A stretch of DNA of 64,000 nt, from contig JAQGDQ010000234.1 of the NCBI GenBank assembly GCA_030141605.1, forward strand, positions 1 through 64,000. The letters run 5' to 3'. Made by a program: the position numbers and the translations under genes. Position 1 is the stretch's first letter, and the number at the start of each line of letters is the position of its first letter. Below are positions 13,701 through 25,884 of the stretch, one piece after another. The DNA is from Tubiluchus corallicola. Taxonomy: Eukaryota > Animalia > Priapulida. The notes below the pieces were generated by a model that saw only the letters and a program-made list of their open reading frames with translations, had not been told where the DNA came from and searched no databases.

Positions 13701-14718
13701 ACAACGTAGTAGAAGAGTCCCTTATCTTTACCGGGGCTCAGTTTATTTTCTAGTTCGTTGAATTAAATATGAAAAATTTATATCTCTACCACGGCTTAGG
13801 TTGTTTCTGATTAAGATATTTCGGCAATTGTGATTTCTAGTTTGAAGATGAGAACTTTCAGTTAATTGCATTTACCGTCTTTCGGTCTCCGTGACGACTG
13901 TCACGCAAAACTGGCTATAATTACAATTGTCTCGCCACTATTAGCAGCAGTAATCAAAATTAGCGTGTCGTTTTCTTTTTTTTGTGTTTATCTTGTTCGC
14001 TTTGTTTGTAGGTGATTTTCGTTTCTAAATTCAGCTCGATTTAGTCTTAACCAGTGTAGCGTGAAATACAAGTAAGACAATTAATGTACAGATAAGGGTT
14101 TGCCCTATATAGCTCTGTTATAATGTAGGATCTTCATTCCCAATGCTAAGACTAATGTAAGAATAATGTAAAACTTGTTCATACTGTTTCTATTTGATCA
14201 CTGGAACTGTATTGAAGCTGATAGGGGCGACGATTTATAAACTATAATTAAACTGTCTAATAAAATATTTAAGAGATATAGGCCTGCTATCTAAACTGCT
14301 GTGATTTAAGAGATGAGCAGACTTACTGTTACGGAACATTAATGCGTGCATTAGTGTTATATTATTTGCACAGCATTTTTAAGGTACTGAAAATATGGAA
14401 TACACATCAAATGAAAAGTAAATAATAATAATAATAATAATAATAATAGGGCTGTTGGTGATGATGACGACGATGGATGACCTTCGTGATGACAGTGATG
14501 ATGGTCATGCTACGATTTCTTTGAAACAGTTCTGCATCAGTTCTGCTGTGAAACAGGCTCGGACTTAGCTTTTAGTGGCAGGGCCTATTTAATGCAGGTG
14601 ATTGCACCAAAACCAAAATTTACCTCATTGTTAGCGAGTCACGTTTGTATTTGTATACGACCTCCCTATCCTCCTCAACCAGGCAAATAGCCAGAGACGC
14701 AGGTAACCACCGAAAAGC

Positions 14719-14777
14719 AGTTTTCCAGATGGTCACCCGTCCATTTACTGAACAGGTTCGCAACTGCTTAATCTTGG
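14719..14777 (-). mobile_element. 5S rRNA-derived fragment (SINE3-like)
   Basis: Minus strand AAGATTAAGCAGTTGCGAACCTGTTCAGTAAATGGACGGGTGACCATCTGGAAAAC matches the 5S internal control region (A box, IE, C box). Confidence 0.6.
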
Positions 14778-16504
14778 TCCCGCCGTGGCCATCTTTCTTC
14801 CCTATCTATTCAATTCAATTTCCATTTATTTGTTTCATACAACAAACATGTAACAAAGTATTAGTAAAAAAGAGAGACGGGTTGGAGAAAGACTATACGG
14901 CCACCGAGCATCCACCCCTCACTCAGAATACCAATGTAATTGTTTTAGTCAGTGCAGTTAGCAACAACATCTCTGATTATTGTTATTAATTGGTATTAAA
15001 TATTCAGCAGCAAGAAATATAATTTATGTACAACGGATAAGAAAAACACTAATGATATATCATATCAATAATACATAGCAGAAGCAACAATAATTGTAAC
15101 TTTTGATAAACTAAAAAAACGTTCAAATTGCGGACGATTTTAACTATTCAACTGACAAAAATTGATCAAAATTAGCAAAAGAAACAAATTATGAAAAATA
15201 ATTAATAGATTTAATTACAGTAGAAGCAGAATATACAATAATATGCAAAAAATAATAATAGCAGCAAAATGATTAGAAAAATAATGGTCGCTAACTATAA
15301 AAGAAATGTTAACAGAGTGTTAATTTGCAGCGGCAGTAACTTAACCTGCTAACTATATAGTGTAAAAATAAAATAAAATTAATAATTAGCTATGATAATA
15401 ATATCACTATCTTTTATAATTGCAATGCTAAACAAAATGGCAGAATCTAGGCCGGCAAAAAATTAACAACGCACATATTTAGACATTATTGTTTATAATG
15501 GTAGAGTTAGCTAGAAGCGCAGCAAGTCTACTATCTACTAGTTGCATTTAATAGCAATAGTGTAAGTTCATATTTCCGCTCATACTAAGCCTTCAGCAGA
15601 CACTCATATTGTATACGTTTTTAAACATCATTCACGCGGTACTTCCAAATCCTCATGAATTTTCTTTTCTAAGTTGACTCAATCTATCTAATCACCTGAT
15701 CTTTCTCTCTATGTCAAAGTGACCACAAGCCTTTCAGACGCTGTAATAATATCTGCATGCGGCAGTTATAAAATTGTAGGTACATCACTGTGTTGTGCAC
15801 AGTGGGAGAGAGTATGTATAGGCATGCTAGGGACGTGTTCTATATCGATTATCGAGTGGGTGGTGCCCACTCGGTTGCGTTGCGAAACCACCAGTCATCC
15901 CATCAGCGTAAAGAAATGTCAAGACATGCTGGCATTTTCTTTTCGTTTGGCTTTCAGTTTAAATTGAGGAAAATTCCCCCGTCTTGGGCAACCTTTCAAT
16001 AGGATTACGCCTTTCTGTTTTTGCGCTTCTTTACTGTAAGGTTTAATCTAACGTTATTTTGGCTAGTACTTGTTCCAATTAATTCTCAGATTTTCTTTCT
16101 TCTGTCTCGTGTGTTGGTCAAGGTCTATCAAGCTGACAGTCGGTCTCAAGTTGTCTGTCTCCGTGAAGTGATGCCCTGCTAGTAATTAAGATAATGTATA
16201 AGTTTTTGCAACTTTTTCTTAAAGCTTGAATAATCTTATAATATTCTGTCTTTAATTCTCTGTTTCACCCCCACTCCCGAGCCTCCCCCCTCTCTTTCCT
16301 GTCTCACTAATTGCAAATCAATACAGATGGCATGGTATCAAATTTCGAATTTGATACCAGTCATTTTGAATTATGGGGAAGTTCCTGTACTCTCATAATT
16401 AATGATGTATTACTCTTTTGTTAGCTTACTTCTCTCTCCCTCTGTAGTTGCCTCTACCTTCCATTGAATTGGCAAATTTTAATGAAACACACACATTTTT
16501 GCAG

Positions 16505-16566
16505 GTTCTCCAGATTCGTCTAATAACACCCAAGATTTAGAAGTTGGTGATGATGAAGTGTTTATG
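16505..16566 (+). CDS. SPRED: SPRED small internal exon (not in ORF track)
   Basis: ttttgcag|GSPDSSNNTQDLEVGDDEVFM|gtaggt. Phase 1 in and phase 0 out bridge the neighbouring exons; resembles the GDDDVF motif of vertebrate SPREDs. Confidence 0.9.
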
Positions 16567-17126
16567 GTAGGTGTTACGTTTTCATATTTGGTATTATTTG
16601 TCAGAGTGCTGTCAGAGCTGCTGGACTGGTGTCACTTAGGTAACGTTGACTCTCTAACTGGAAAATCGGTCTACCACAGCGCCTTTCTGGCAGTGTTTTT
16701 ACTTGGTGTTATGTAAATTATTTGGACTTTCTTAAGTCGTTGTGAGTAGTTGTATCCAGCCCATGATCAGTAACAAAAGATCAGCATTTAGGAAGTGGCA
16801 TCAGTAAGGATCCCTTTAATAACTGCTACAAGAAGTTTACTAATGAGGCAATCAATACAACGGACTCAGAACAATGCAACAAAACATAGTTACATAGTTA
16901 TGAAACTTACTGATGGCTGCTGACTAGTTCTACTTGCTTTTTTCTTTCCTTTGACATTACAGCTATTCGAAATTAACTGTGAGGAACTTAGGCCAAAAAA
17001 GTTAGATATCTTCTTATAAAAATTGCTGTGTAAAGAGTATGCATTGTGTTTATGTGGATGTGCTGTATTCATACTCTTTATTTTACATGCCTTAACATGT
17101 TTTTTCATGTTCATTTGACTTTTCAG

Positions 17127-18044
17127 ACAATTGACCTACCACTAGAAAGGGAAAACTCTAGTTCTTCTTCCACATCCAGTAGAGGTCAGGCACGTTCAAT
17201 CCGGTCAACGCACAGTTATGCCGGCGAGATCCATACCAACAATAGCAATCAACATCACCACTTGCACCGTATGCACTTTGTCACACGAACTGCTTCCGGT
17301 AAAAGTCAACACAGCATACATAGTAGCCTTAATGGGCAAAAGCCCCAAACAAGTAATGCGAGTGGGGAGGTGAGAACACCTCGGCCACACACGAGTGCAG
17401 AAGGTCGCATGCCATTGGCGCAACAACTTTCAGAACCCGAAAAACTTGCATCTATACGTGACGAAACAGCCACTGATGAGAAGATAGAAGTTTCTGAATC
17501 TTACTCATACGTGCAGTTTGCGCGAGAACAGCCTTCACTTCATGAGTATTCGTACCCTGACATCGAGACCGTGAAACCCGAAAAACGCGAGTCAATCAGC
17601 AGCGTGAAGAAGGTGGGCACGGAAATGGCGGCTGCACAACCTCCGTTACTACCCAGGAAGGGAAAGAAGAATCGCAAGCGAACGCGACTCAAACATTCGG
17701 AGAGGTCCCGATGCCGATACTGCCAGGAGATGTATGTTGCCGAAGAGAATTTGGTCGGGAATTGTGAAGAGGCACCTGACCGCTGTGAGGACTGTATTAA
17801 TACTGTGTCGTGTATGGTCTGTGCAAGATGCATGTTGTATCACTGCATGTCTGATCCTGATGGTGACTATATACACCCGTGTTCTTGTGACATTTCGGAC
17901 GACACGTGCTGCCGCCGATGGTTAGGTTTAACACTACTCTCACTATTTGTTCCATGTCTATGGTGCTATCAGCCACTTCGGTTATGTCACCAGTGTGGGA
18001 GTAAACGCGGTTGTTTTGGGGGAAGGCACAAGGCATACACGTAG
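17127..18044 (+). CDS. SPRED: SPRED last exon with Cys-rich Sprouty (SPR) domain
   Basis: tttcag|TIDLP...SYVQF...RSRCRYCQEMY...APDRCEDCINTVSCMVCARCMLYHCMSDPDGDY...RWLGLTLLSLFVPCLWCY...GGRHKAYT-stop. Confidence 0.96.
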   Translation, partial: TIDLPLERENSSSSSTSSRGQARSIRSTHSYAGEIHTNNSNQHHHLHRMHFVTRTASGKSQHSIHSSLNGQKPQTSNASGEVRTPRPHTSAEGRMPLAQQLSEPEKLASIRDETATDEKIEVSESYSYVQFAREQPSLHEYSYPDIETVKPEKRESISSVKKVGTEMAAAQPPLLPRKGKKNRKRTRLKHSERSRCRYCQEMYVAEENLVGNCEEAPDRCEDCINTVSCMVCARCMLYHCMSDPDGDYIHPCSCDISDDTCCRRWLGLTLLSLFVPCLWCYQPLRLCHQCGSKRGCFGGRHKAYT

Positions 18045-21000
18045 TTGCTTGGGTGTCTACTGGGAACTACTGAAGCAAAGTCCTTTATAAACAGTCTTGC
18101 CAACTCCTTTATCTAATATTCTATCTTAAACTCAGGGTTTCGATTTCGACTTTTCTGTTAATCATGCTTTCAAACAACATTGTAATGTGAAAATAAAAAT
18201 ATGGTTTTTCTCCCACCTTCATCTTTCATTTGGCCTGTCCCTTAAAAAACTTGACCTGTTTGGAAATAAACAGTACATATTTGGAAACTGACAGCAAAAA
18301 CTGTTGCGCTAATAAATGTTTTGAAAGTCAAATGTGTATTTCACTTGATTTGATTTCGGTTAACCTTTTAAAATGTCGGTATTACTGTACAACATCTTTC
18401 ATGCCATAGAATGTACTGTACTTTTTTGCAATTTTGAAACATTCATGATGTTAATGAAAACATACCTTATCTTAGCTAAAATGTTCATGACACTTTATAA
18501 CTAGCTGCTGTGGTTATTACCAGATTTAGTTAAGAAAAACAGGTTTGGATATTATTAAAAGTATAAAAAAACCGAAGATGTTATAATACGGTGAAGCAGC
18601 AGGTAAGACTGTTTACAAGGAGTTTCCTAGAACGTGTCTGTGAAATCGCATTTACATAGATTTTATTATAACCTTCAATAATAATATTATACGACTGTTG
18701 CCAACAAACTTGTAGTGTCACTTCTGTCTATTTTATACCTTAATTTATAGTGAATTGATAATCGATTTCTAAATCACCACTTTCTATTGGGGTGCTAAGG
18801 ACCCTATATGTACGCAATGTTCATACCCTTTAGTGTCACAGTATTACAAGATGTAAGTACCACAGATTATGTTCACCCACGTCTGTAGATAGATAATTAT
18901 GTAATATTAGATAACATGTTATTTCTAAGATGGTTGTCAAGTTATGCCAACCTTCCTGTGCAAGATACTAGTTATTGCTTTTGTAAATCTGTTTTCGCTT
19001 AGTAGATATTATGAATGATCGTAACTTATTATTTCAGTAAATATGATTATTTTATTTATGATATGTGAATTCTATAAATCGTGTGCATTTTGTATCACTC
19101 GCCAAATCTGCCCCATTTATTCTGTTTTAAAGTAATACTGACCATTTCTTTATCAAGAGTAATTACTGCATTAGTGTGCTTTAAGAACTCATAGGTATGT
19201 TATGTTTGTTTGACGCGGCTGTAAATATTTTTAGAGCGCTCTATTGTATTAAAATATTTTTATAATTTTATTGTGTTTACTTATATGGTCTAAATGTAAA
19301 TCGCTAGGTGTTAATTATTACAACACTGTTATGGTCAGCTGCATTAATAGAGTCAAAGGTAGTGTGAGCAAGGCTGCTTGCTACCATGCCCATTTGGTTG
19401 TGGGTTAGGTCAGGGAAGCAGAAAATAATAATAACGATGACCAATACATTTGCCCGATTAAAAACCCCGATTTATGATTTGGCTATCCACAACATCTCTG
19501 ACTTAACCAATTAAAACCATGCCCTTTCCTCTTTTATGTTTTACTAATTGTTTGTATTATTAGTATTTATTATTTCAGTATTTTAACAGTAAAACTTCTC
19601 ATTACAGATATATTTTTGTCCATGATATTAAGTTGTTTGCAGTTTGTGAACATTTTACATCTTTTATACAGTACCTTAGCAATAATTAGGCTTTATTGGA
19701 AATAACTTTATCCTGCGTACAAAAAGAACACGTAGCGCTATCTTATGGGAGAATTATACATTTATTTTGCAAGACAGAAAGACATTAGTTTTGGAAAAAA
19801 TAATGTACAATAATTAATTATGCAAGACATGGTTAACAAATATAAACTCTTAAATAAATAATTAGCGACTATGACAGTAACAACTTTTTACACATTTTTC
19901 ATACACTGGTTAAAATCTAAAGCTTTATAGTCAGTTGTAAAAAAAATAAAGCAGCTTAATACAACCTCAATACACTTGAATTAGTTGGTTACTTTTAATC
20001 AAAATAATTTGACGTAAATCATATAATTATATAGAATAGATATTTTTTGAGAACTGCAATAACACAGAACAAAGCAATGGTATGCTTAGAGTCTTGCATC
20101 ATAACAGCAATAGACTTGGACAATAATAACAAGATTAAGGCCAATTATTTGTGCTACAAAATGTTAATGCCAAAATACTATTGTAAATGCGACCACAAGA
20201 AAACAAACTGCAAAGGTAGAGAAAAGTTAAAAAAATTTTAACTGACACCATTTAATGTGACAGTGCTTGCATGGGGTGGCTACAAAAAGTAGTCACGAAA
20301 TAGCATATAATGAAGCAAGTTACACAAATTCTGAATTTAACTATGAACAGATACAACTTTATACAAATTTAATTTAAAGCTCATGATATTACTGCATGTG
20401 TTATTGACCCATTGCCTGAAGACACATTAACAGGATTTGCCAGAAATCCTTCCAGTAACAACTGAAGCCTCCCATGAGTTTTTAATTTGTGCTCCGACAG
20501 CCAATTTTGTGTCTGTACATCTCCACATAACCAAGTCAGAAGTGCAACAGCAGCATTTTCCTTCTTTTTGCATAAATCTTTTTAGCCACATACTTACACA
20601 TTTAAAAAATAAATCTAAAGTGAATAGGTTGTCACAACGGGAATATAACCAACGAAGGGATAAACATGGATTATGACCGGACACACTAATAATTAAAATA
20701 AGCAAAACTTGTGTAAGAAAAGTTTACTAAGTAAACAAATTAATTTTTGAATCTTGATTAATCTATAGCTCACTGTTGCTGGATAAAATTAGATTATGTT
20801 ACCTCATAAAATTTTATATAAAATATCATTAATACACAACATCTAATATTAGGCTCTGATGTAGTAACACGTAATGGTAATTGAGCAGCTCTAACAGCAC
20901 AACATTTAAGAAAGTTTATTGCGATGCCTTTAAACCGGTTTGTCAAACCAACAGTTAAGAAACTAATTTTCTACATATTTAACAATTCACATACTATACA

Positions 21001-22311
21001 CAATTCTACACATGATGCACTGTTTAAGGCTAAACAGTAAAACGAAGCATTCGAAACTTAATAATGGCTACAGATTAACATTATTGTGCTTTGAACAATT
21101 CACAAGACCAAGTGCAGTTTAAATCACAAATAACTGTCCTCCATGTGTTAGTACTAGTTATGCATATGCATATCGTATTTATATAGAATCATTAAATAGC
21201 ATACACACAGCTCGTATATAAAAATAGTACAGGTTGCTTTTATAAAATGGCATAATTACAAACTGAGCAATCATTCTAACTATGGCGGTACTTACCAACA
21301 TTGATAATGTCTATTTGTAGTATAATAATAACAATAATTTAACGGTTAATATAAAGCAGACAAATACATATTCATCAAACTCTGTTTTGTTCAAAGATAT
21401 GCCATATTTTGCTTTGCAACAAGGCCATACATGTTAAAAATTTGTTATCATAGCTTACTAATAAATTAAATGAATCCTTTTATATGGTAAATGATCTCCC
21501 ATAAGCACTTCAGAAAAAATATAGAATGGCTACATTATTTGGCAGGCTTGAGCTTAAGAAATGCAATACTACAAGTTACAACAAATATCAGTATTATGCA
21601 CCGTGACTGAATGAGCGTCCTGGTAATAGAAAGTTACCATACAAAAATGGAGCAACTCAAACTAATTTCAGTTGTTTAAATTTCATGTCTGCAGTTGCAG
21701 TCTCATATTGTCATCACCATTTTGAGTGTCCACTGCCTACATTTACTGTTAAAAGTTGATATATTTATATGTGCCACTGATGTTACAATCATTGAAATTT
21801 TTCATACCTCTCATGTTACATGGGTTAATACTATGGCGGTTGCTGCACAAAACTTGCTCTGAGTTGTTGCTGATCATTATTGTTCCATCTCGATGACTTG
21901 TTTAAACATCTTCACAGTGATCACTATGTAATTTACATAGGTGACTGTGACTATGATGGTACATTACTACCATGCAGAGACATTGAGTTACATGTCATTA
22001 GCATTCAGCGCCAATGTGTTAGCCGTTAATGGATCACCAATGGTTCTTAGCAAAAGCCACCAAAATGCCACAACTATTTAATATGAATAAGTTACTCACA
22101 AGCTATTTTGGTTCAGTACATACATGTCGCTATTGCTTGGAAATAATGCATCACTCAAATATCATTATTCAGGTAAGATCAATGGTACTGATGTTATCAG
22201 TGGTGAGACACTCATGCCATTACAATTCGATACTGATGAATTTCTAATGAGCAACTTTTAATTCTAAAGAGTTGCTCAAAATCTTTACCACCACTCCACA
22301 TGGTGCTAACA

Positions 22312-23024
22312 CTATTCTTTACGAATCATCCTCGGTTTATTCATTTTCAGAGGAGGACTAGAACTTTCATCATCATCATCATCATCATCTAAGCTAACCA
22401 TGACATTATCAACAGACTTCTCACGAGGGCGTTTCAAAGACAGCGCAGACGTGTTTTCTATCACAACAGAAGGCCGTTTTCTCATTACAGCAACAGCATC
22501 CAATCGTGCGGCCTTCTCCGTTTTGTTACTTGCACTTGAAAATAATTGGGCGGGGTCAAGTTCAATATCATTTGATGCAAGTGGTGAAGGAATCACTTCC
22601 ACACTGGAGCCACTATCCAGCGCAATTCCAGAATCTGGTCCAACACTTTCCTGACTGGAGGGATAGCTACTGGAGTCTGTTGTTATGGTGATAGCGGGAC
22701 AGGGTTGAGCGGTGACAGGAGAGAGGGTGGTTGGTGTCAAGGAGCGACGGCTTTCTCCGCTGGAATTGGTATCAGATGACCATTTCTTCATTTTCCGTCG
22801 CTGTGCTAGTGGAGCGAAAGAGACATCCTGCAAATGAAAGCCTTCACGTACAGCTTTATGGAATGCATTGTAGGTGGCATTGAAAGCGTTATGCAGAGAT
22901 CCGGAACTTCCGAGAACTCCTGGTGTCATCAGCGGTGTTTTCAGGTCATGATTCTGCTCCAGCCAATCACAGTTGAGTAAATCGTTCATTGTTAAACGTT
23001 CTTTGGGGTCGACTGTAAGTAAAC
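22312..23024 (-). CDS. RPS6KA5: MSK exon 17 (docking site, long C-terminal tail)
   Basis: GLLTVDPKERL...PLMTPGVL...NATYNAFH...EGFHLQDVSFAPLAQRRKMKK...stop. Confidence 0.95.
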
Positions 23025-24452
23025 CTGAAATAATGTGGTAAGTAGACATAAATAACCTTAAAGTGATGTACTAAAATCGTAAATTAGTATTTTGCAAAAG
23101 CTACTTTAACATTGATTTAATAAGGTGTTATTAGCAGTAAGGATGTTCGAAGCTCGGGAGGGAATTGGGTATCAGGTCGGGCTGCGAGGTTCGGGTCAGG
23201 GATCAAGACACTAATTAAGTTCGAATTCAGGAGCGTCTATGGTTCGAGATCAGGATCAGGATTGTGGTTTGGGTTGCAGGACTAGAGATTCAAGATCGTG
23301 GTTCCCGTCTTCGAATTTAATTATCAGCAAACGGAGATAAGAAAATTACAGCAAAATTATTTCACTGCCTCTAACTTCCACAATTTTAGCTCTACACTAT
23401 TAATATTTCAATGCTTTCCACTTATACATACACCCAGCCGTATTAAGTTAAAATAGTTTCATCTACAACTGGCCGCAGCTACATCACTTTGCCAAATGAT
23501 AATCTCTTGGTATAGCAATAATTATTAGAAAAAATAACTATGCATACCGACTAAGCAGCAGAAAAAATTCACACCAAATATTTGTCAAGACTTTCATGAA
23601 GCCTCATTCTTTTATATAACTTTTGCATATTGTTCCAACATTATTGGCAAATACACCAACAGTGGTGTGTTCCACCAGAATAAATTAGTCACACTCACAG
23701 ATGGCGGAACGCACTTTGTATATGGCCCAAAAAGCTAATCGTGTGTTTAGTTAAACTACTTACAAAACATTTTAAAAAATAGAGGAACATTGGCAATCAT
23801 GCTATGCAGTGTGGTTAATGAAATCTCAAAAAATGTTTTACTGCAAAATTTTAAAAAACTTTGGTGTTGAATGAATAGCTATGGTTAATGACTCATGTTT
23901 CATTAATGACGCAGAAAAGAGCATTACACTTCAACTGGTTCTTTTGCAATAAATGTAGTGAGCAGCACCATAATAAAGGAAATCAGGAACAAGAACACTT
24001 CAAGTTCAGTGACATGGTGAGAATGTAAGACACAAAAATCATTTTCAACAAGTACTGTATTATTTACAAAAACATGTTTTGTGCTTGTGTTCAAATGATA
24101 TACAGCAAACTGGCGAAAACTTTACCTAAACAGTTTTACTTTCGAAAGTTACACATTGCAGTTTTCAGAAAGCAAACCGTACTGCAAGTGTGCAAGACAG
24201 CTCTCAAAAGAAGTTGAAAAAATGAATAACCAAACGAATACAGCTAGTGAGAAAATGTCCTGGTCTAACTTAGTCCATTTCACAGCTTTGCTTAGTTTTT
24301 AGTCCTTTTGCAGCCACGTAAAAGCCATGTTTTGTAGTTATGTGATCTACTTATGTTTTAATACTATTGAAAACGCTTAACACGATCGACATATGATGTT
24401 ATGGGAAAAAATTCATTCACCCTTCAAAAAAGAGGTTTAGCATGTACTTATA

Positions 24453-24605
24453 CAGTAGGCGCCACTTAATAGACTCACGGTAAATAGACTCAATTGCTTA
24501 ATTGACTCAAAACCGCCTGGAACGGGCCGCTTTTATCCAAATATACATAAAAATGATCGGTAATTGACTCAAATAACTTTGCTTAATTGACTCAATATTT
24601 TTCCT
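24453..24605. mobile_element. pogo/Tigger-like transposon end with subterminal repeats
   Basis: TA|CAGTAGGCGCCACTTAAT start followed by five AATWGACTCA repeats; other end not found. Confidence 0.55.
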
Positions 24606-24965
24606 TCACATACTTAAAATAAGACATTTGTACATGCCCAAACAGCCTTTCCTACTTTCATGTCATCTTTACTTACCTTTTGTGCATTATATATGTAGAA
24701 ACAAGCATGTTAAGTACCGTTTTGTTTGTAAACAGGTACGTTTATCATGCACTAATACGCTAGCGGTTTTGCTTTGAATCTGTTACCTGCTGGCCCAATG
24801 CAATTAACCTCGTTACCCAAAGAATTTCTGGAAGCTAAACATTTAATCACTTGCGTAGCGGTTTCCTTTGATGCTCTAGTTGCAAATCAGCTCTCAGGCA
24901 TACAGCCCGACAGTCTTGGAAGTGGCCACTCTAACGACTTAGTGCTCAACTCAGATTTGGCATAA

Positions 24966-25055
24966 CGCCTCATACCTGAGCTCTAGGCAGTCGACTCGGA
25001 CTTAAGCTAAAAGACTTAAGTCCGAGTCGACTTCCTAGAGCTCAGGTATGATGCA
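24966..25055. repeat. Near-perfect long palindrome (hairpin / tiny MITE)
   Basis: Arms at 24971-25006 and 25015-25050 are reverse complements with 1 mismatch; 8-nt loop. Confidence 0.92.
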
Positions 25056-25251
25056 AATGTTTGGTCATGCAGGCTGTTAAAACATCTGCTGCTCAATTGT
25101 GGCAGACAGAAACTTCAACATTAAAAACTGAACAACCACAAAAAAGCCAAAAAATGACCAGTTTCTGTGGCTTCGTAAATTTCTAGTGCTTTGCTTGATA
25201 GACTGGACAAGACCACAACTGCTGCAGAAAAAGTAATAAAAACAATCTTAC

Positions 25252-25399
25252 CCAGTAAGATTTTCTTAGCATCTTCTGAAACGAGATTCCACTCGGGGCC
25301 GTCAAAGTTGAATTCCCCTCCAGATATCCTCTTCATGATCGAGGCAGCAGCCGTTTGCTCTTGGCTCAAAAATGGTATTTTGCCAGACAACATGGTATA
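25252..25399 (-). CDS. RPS6KA5: MSK exon 16
   Basis: YTMLSGKIPFL...FDGPEWNLVSEDAKKILL G|gtaaga. Confidence 0.95.
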
Positions 25400-25473
25400 C
25401 TGAAAGTAAAAACAACGACAATTAACCAATTAATACTATCGAAAGCACATGGAGGTCATGTGCAAAAATTTTA

Positions 25474-25884
<411 letters not shown>

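Noticed and set aside
17205-18036. Antisense and alternate-frame ORFs over the SPRED last exon (likewise over MSK exon 17 and KLF exon 2)
   Set aside because: Shadow ORFs of real coding exons with no independent motifs.
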